A DNA stretch of 64,000 nt, taken from assembly GCA_951406725.2 (NCBI GenBank), contig OX597814.1:114514001-114578000 (forward strand), written 5' to 3'. This document shows, in pieces, positions 60,978 to 64,000 of this stretch. The notes below the pieces were generated by a model, which was not told where the DNA came from, did not search any database, and worked only from the letters and a program-made list of their open reading frames with translations. Position 1 is the first letter of the stretch. Each line of letters opens with the position of its first letter. Position numbers and translations under genes: made by a program. The DNA comes from Octopus vulgaris. Taxonomy: Eukaryota.

Positions 60978-62188
60978 TCTGTTTCAAAATATAAAATTCA
61001 CACTGGATAATGTTGTTTTAAAAACAATACGTTTTAGAAACAGAAGACGAAATGGTTACCTCTGGAACGTTTCTAATCATCGGTCTATACGACCAGGGCT
61101 AACAGTCAGGTACACAATAATAAGAAAAACGGGTCAACGAAATAACGAACGATGACGTTGCTTCTATGTAGTCAGGTAAACTACAAGAATTAACAAGCAA
61201 ATGTCTATTAAATCACAACCTACTAACCTTAAGAGAAGGTACAGTGTTGTGTAAATTTGAGATAATTTATGGAAAAATAGAATGGCCATAGTTATAATAT
61301 CACTGAATATAGATCTATTCGATCGGGCTTATCCGTGCCTAAACAACCATGACAAGAACAACACCTTCACAGAAGTCTATATTAAATACTATCTAGATCT
61401 CTCTTTCATTCATTTACCTATTTTGTCCTTCTAATAAATATTGACTTACTAACGAACGTTCGATTTGGCGCTTGTATAGGCGTGTGGATTCCAAAATGTC
61501 TGCTACTGCATTACTTTATGTGTCATTTGGTCGTACAAGACTTTACCACCACATATTTCCTTCTATGCTTTCACCCGAGGATCCGGTTATATCCATTAAT
61601 CAATGATTTTGTATTCTACTGTACAACATTCAGCTCTACTTCAAACAGATAGAAAACATGTCCAAGTACAGCAAATAAATGTGTTGCTCAGATGAAAGAA
61701 TGTCGATTGCTCCTATCAAATATATCTAATGATCTAGATAATATATGCAAAGATATAAATATATAAACACACAAATATATATGTATATACATATATATTC
61801 ACGTTTATATTTTTATATTTTTATAACAAGTTATAATATTTTTGTTATATATTTATATAAATGTTATATATTTGCATATCTATGTATCACATATACATTA
61901 TATCATATTATATACTATAAAATAATTCACATAAATAGAATATGTGATATTGATATCGAGTTATATTACTTGTAAAGAATTTACACAAATAAAAGAAAAA
62001 CGTATGCAACGCAGATTTAGAGTAAATAATATGTATCGATATAATCTTGATACAACATAGAATATAGTTACTCGGAGATTTTTTATCTGCTTTATTTCAT
62101 ATAATCATTTGCTGATCGTCTGGAATAATCTAGATTTATGAAACTGAGTAACATTGTTCCAGGTTGTGCTACCAGAATTACGTTAATG

Positions 62189-62401
<213 letters not shown>

Positions 62402-64000
62402 ATAGACAGGGTAGTTAACGAACCTGGCATGGGTGGGGCCCTGATCAACTTGGATCAATCGAAAGCCTTTGATAGGGTAGACCATCGATACTTGGGGGCA
62501 GTCCTGAGAGCGGCTGGTTTCGGTCCCGTTTTCCGCGGATGGATAGCTGCCTTGTACAGAGGCATCCGTTCGGTAATTCGCGTAAATGGACATCTATCGA
62601 GACCTTTCAACATTGCACGTTCGGTCCGTCAGGGATGCCCCCTCTCGGCGCTTCTATACGTATTGACTCTTGAGCCACTACTGCGGAAGCTGGCGACTCT
62701 AAGGGGCATCCCGCGAGAATTGGGATGCGGGAAGAGCGTGTCTGCATACGCGGACGACGTCACCGTCATAGTGTCTAGCCACGAGCACATCGAGCTGGTC
62801 GGCGAGACACTGAAAAACTACGAAGCGGTGACAGGAGCGAAAATCAACCGGGAAAAGTCAGTGGGCTTGCGACTAGGCACCTGGAGAAGCAAGCCCATGC
62901 CGTCCACCAGCGCCTCCGTCGTGGGACGCTGGACCGACGGCCCGGTTGAGTTGCTCGGGGTCTGGTTTGGTCCGGACCTCCAAGTGGAGAAGAACTGGAA
63001 CGAGATAACGAGTAGGGTGGTCACTCTCGCCCGGCAATGGGCCGAGAGGAAACTGTCCCTAAAAGGTCGAGCGGAGGTGGCGAACACGTACATCGCGTCC
63101 GTCATCTACTACCGCCTGACCGTCGTACCTTGTCCCGACCCTACCATCACCAAACTACAACGCATCCTCTTTCGCTTCCTGTGGAAAGGATGCGTCCCGA
63201 TGGTCAGGCGATCCATTTGCTGTCAACACCCGTTAAAAGGAGGGCTGGGCATGCCGTGGTTGATGATGCGCAGACACGCGCTGAGACTGCGGCATCTCTG
63301 GCTCTATGTAGACGACGGTGAACAGGTGTGGTCGCCGTTTGTGAGGCACGCTTTCCCGCAGCTCGTCTCCATGACCGAACTGCAGTCGTGGATCAAAAAG
63401 AGGCCGAGGAAGGGCGAATGGCACCGCGAGTGTCGCGTTGCTCTCAAGCAACTCTGCCGTCCTGGGTCGACCTTAAGTGACTTCAACACAACCAAAGCAT
63501 TCTATAGGGGTTTAGTGGAGGGGAGGTACGACGACGAGCTCGGGGCGAACCTGGACGTCGACGAGGAGTACCTGACCCGCCTGTTCAGGACGACTTTCGG
63601 GCCAGGGCCCATGGACAACTTCCAGAGATCCCTGGCCTGGCAGTGCTACCGAGAAGCGCTACCCGTTCGGGATAAGCTCTACAGACACGGCTCGAGAAAC
63701 ACGGGGCCGACCTGCCCGAGATGCGGTCAGAGCGACGAAACCGTTCTGCACGCACTCGTTCAGTGTCCAACAATTTCCGACCTGTGGGCTTATGTCGAAC
63801 AACTGCTGTCACGTGTGGGACGAGTCGGTTTATCAGCTGAGTCTATCGTCAATATTGTCACGCCTCCTTCCTTCAAACGGGAAGGAAGAGCTATTTTCAT
63901 CATCCTTGTGGCTATGGCGAAGGAATGTATCTGGTGGACGCGTCTGAAAGGATTGGAGACAAACACTTTCCTCTCTGGTCAATCTCTCATCAACTTCTTC
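62402..64000 (+). CDS. Tx1/L1-clade non-LTR retrotransposon ORF2 (RT plus CCHC), 5'-truncated, runs off the window
   Basis: One frame: [57 protein letters not shown]...[10 protein letters not shown]. No stop seen where checked; absent from the ORF track because it has no stop in the window. Confidence 0.92.
   Translation, partial: MDRVVNEPGMGGALINLDQSKAFDRVDHRYLGAVLRAAGFGPVFRGWIAALYRGIRSVIRVNGHLSRPFNIARSVRQGCPLSALLYVLTLEPLLRKLATLRGIPRELGCGKSVSAYADDVTVIVSSHEHIELVGETLKNYEAVTGAKINREKSVGLRLGTWRSKPMPSTSASVVGRWTDGPVELLGVWFGPDLQVEKNWNEITSRVVTLARQWAERKLSLKGRAEVANTYIASVIYYRLTVVPCPDPTITKLQRILFRFLWKGCVPMVRRSICCQHPLKGGLGMPWLMMRRHALRLRHLWLYVDDGEQVWSPFVRHAFPQLVSMTELQSWIKKRPRKGEWHRECRVALKQLCRPGSTLSDFNTTKAFYRGLVEGRYDDELGANLDVDEEYLTRLFRTTFGPGPMDNFQRSLAWQCYREALPVRDKLYRHGSRNTGPTCPRCGQSDETVLHALVQCPTISDLWAYVEQLLSRVGRVGLSAESIVNIVTPPSFKREGRAIFIILVAMAKECIWWTRLKGLETNTFLSGQSLINFF

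Overview
AT-rich eukaryotic non-coding DNA (intron or intergenic), very dense in microsatellites and interspersed repeats. The SINE families and repeat style suggest an octopus or related cephalopod; this is an inference, not checked. No host protein-coding gene can be called with confidence, and almost all ORFs in the track are microsatellite or repeat artefacts. Recognisable content: three tRNA-derived SINE groups; Tc1, mariner and Chapaev3-like DNA transposon fossils; a non-autonomous Helitron family in clusters; RTE and R4/Dong-like LINE fragments; two Penelope-like (RT/GIY-YIG) remnants; and a young Tx1/L1-clade RT ORF that stays open to the window edge. The main unexplained signal is a set of type-I hammerhead ribozyme (HHR) motifs in short non-coding elements embedded in (TA)n tracts. 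These include a 559-nt HHR-delimited tandem unit fused to a perfect 538-bp palindrome (215-1399) and an apparently intact GUC-cleaving HHR with a long stem II (48511-48617). Together they look like Penelope-derived, retrozyme-like elements. A SINE insertion at 10.2 kb also appears to carry upstream flank copied from a source locus at 60.2 kb. All folds and alignments were done by eye, and boundaries of decayed elements are approximate.
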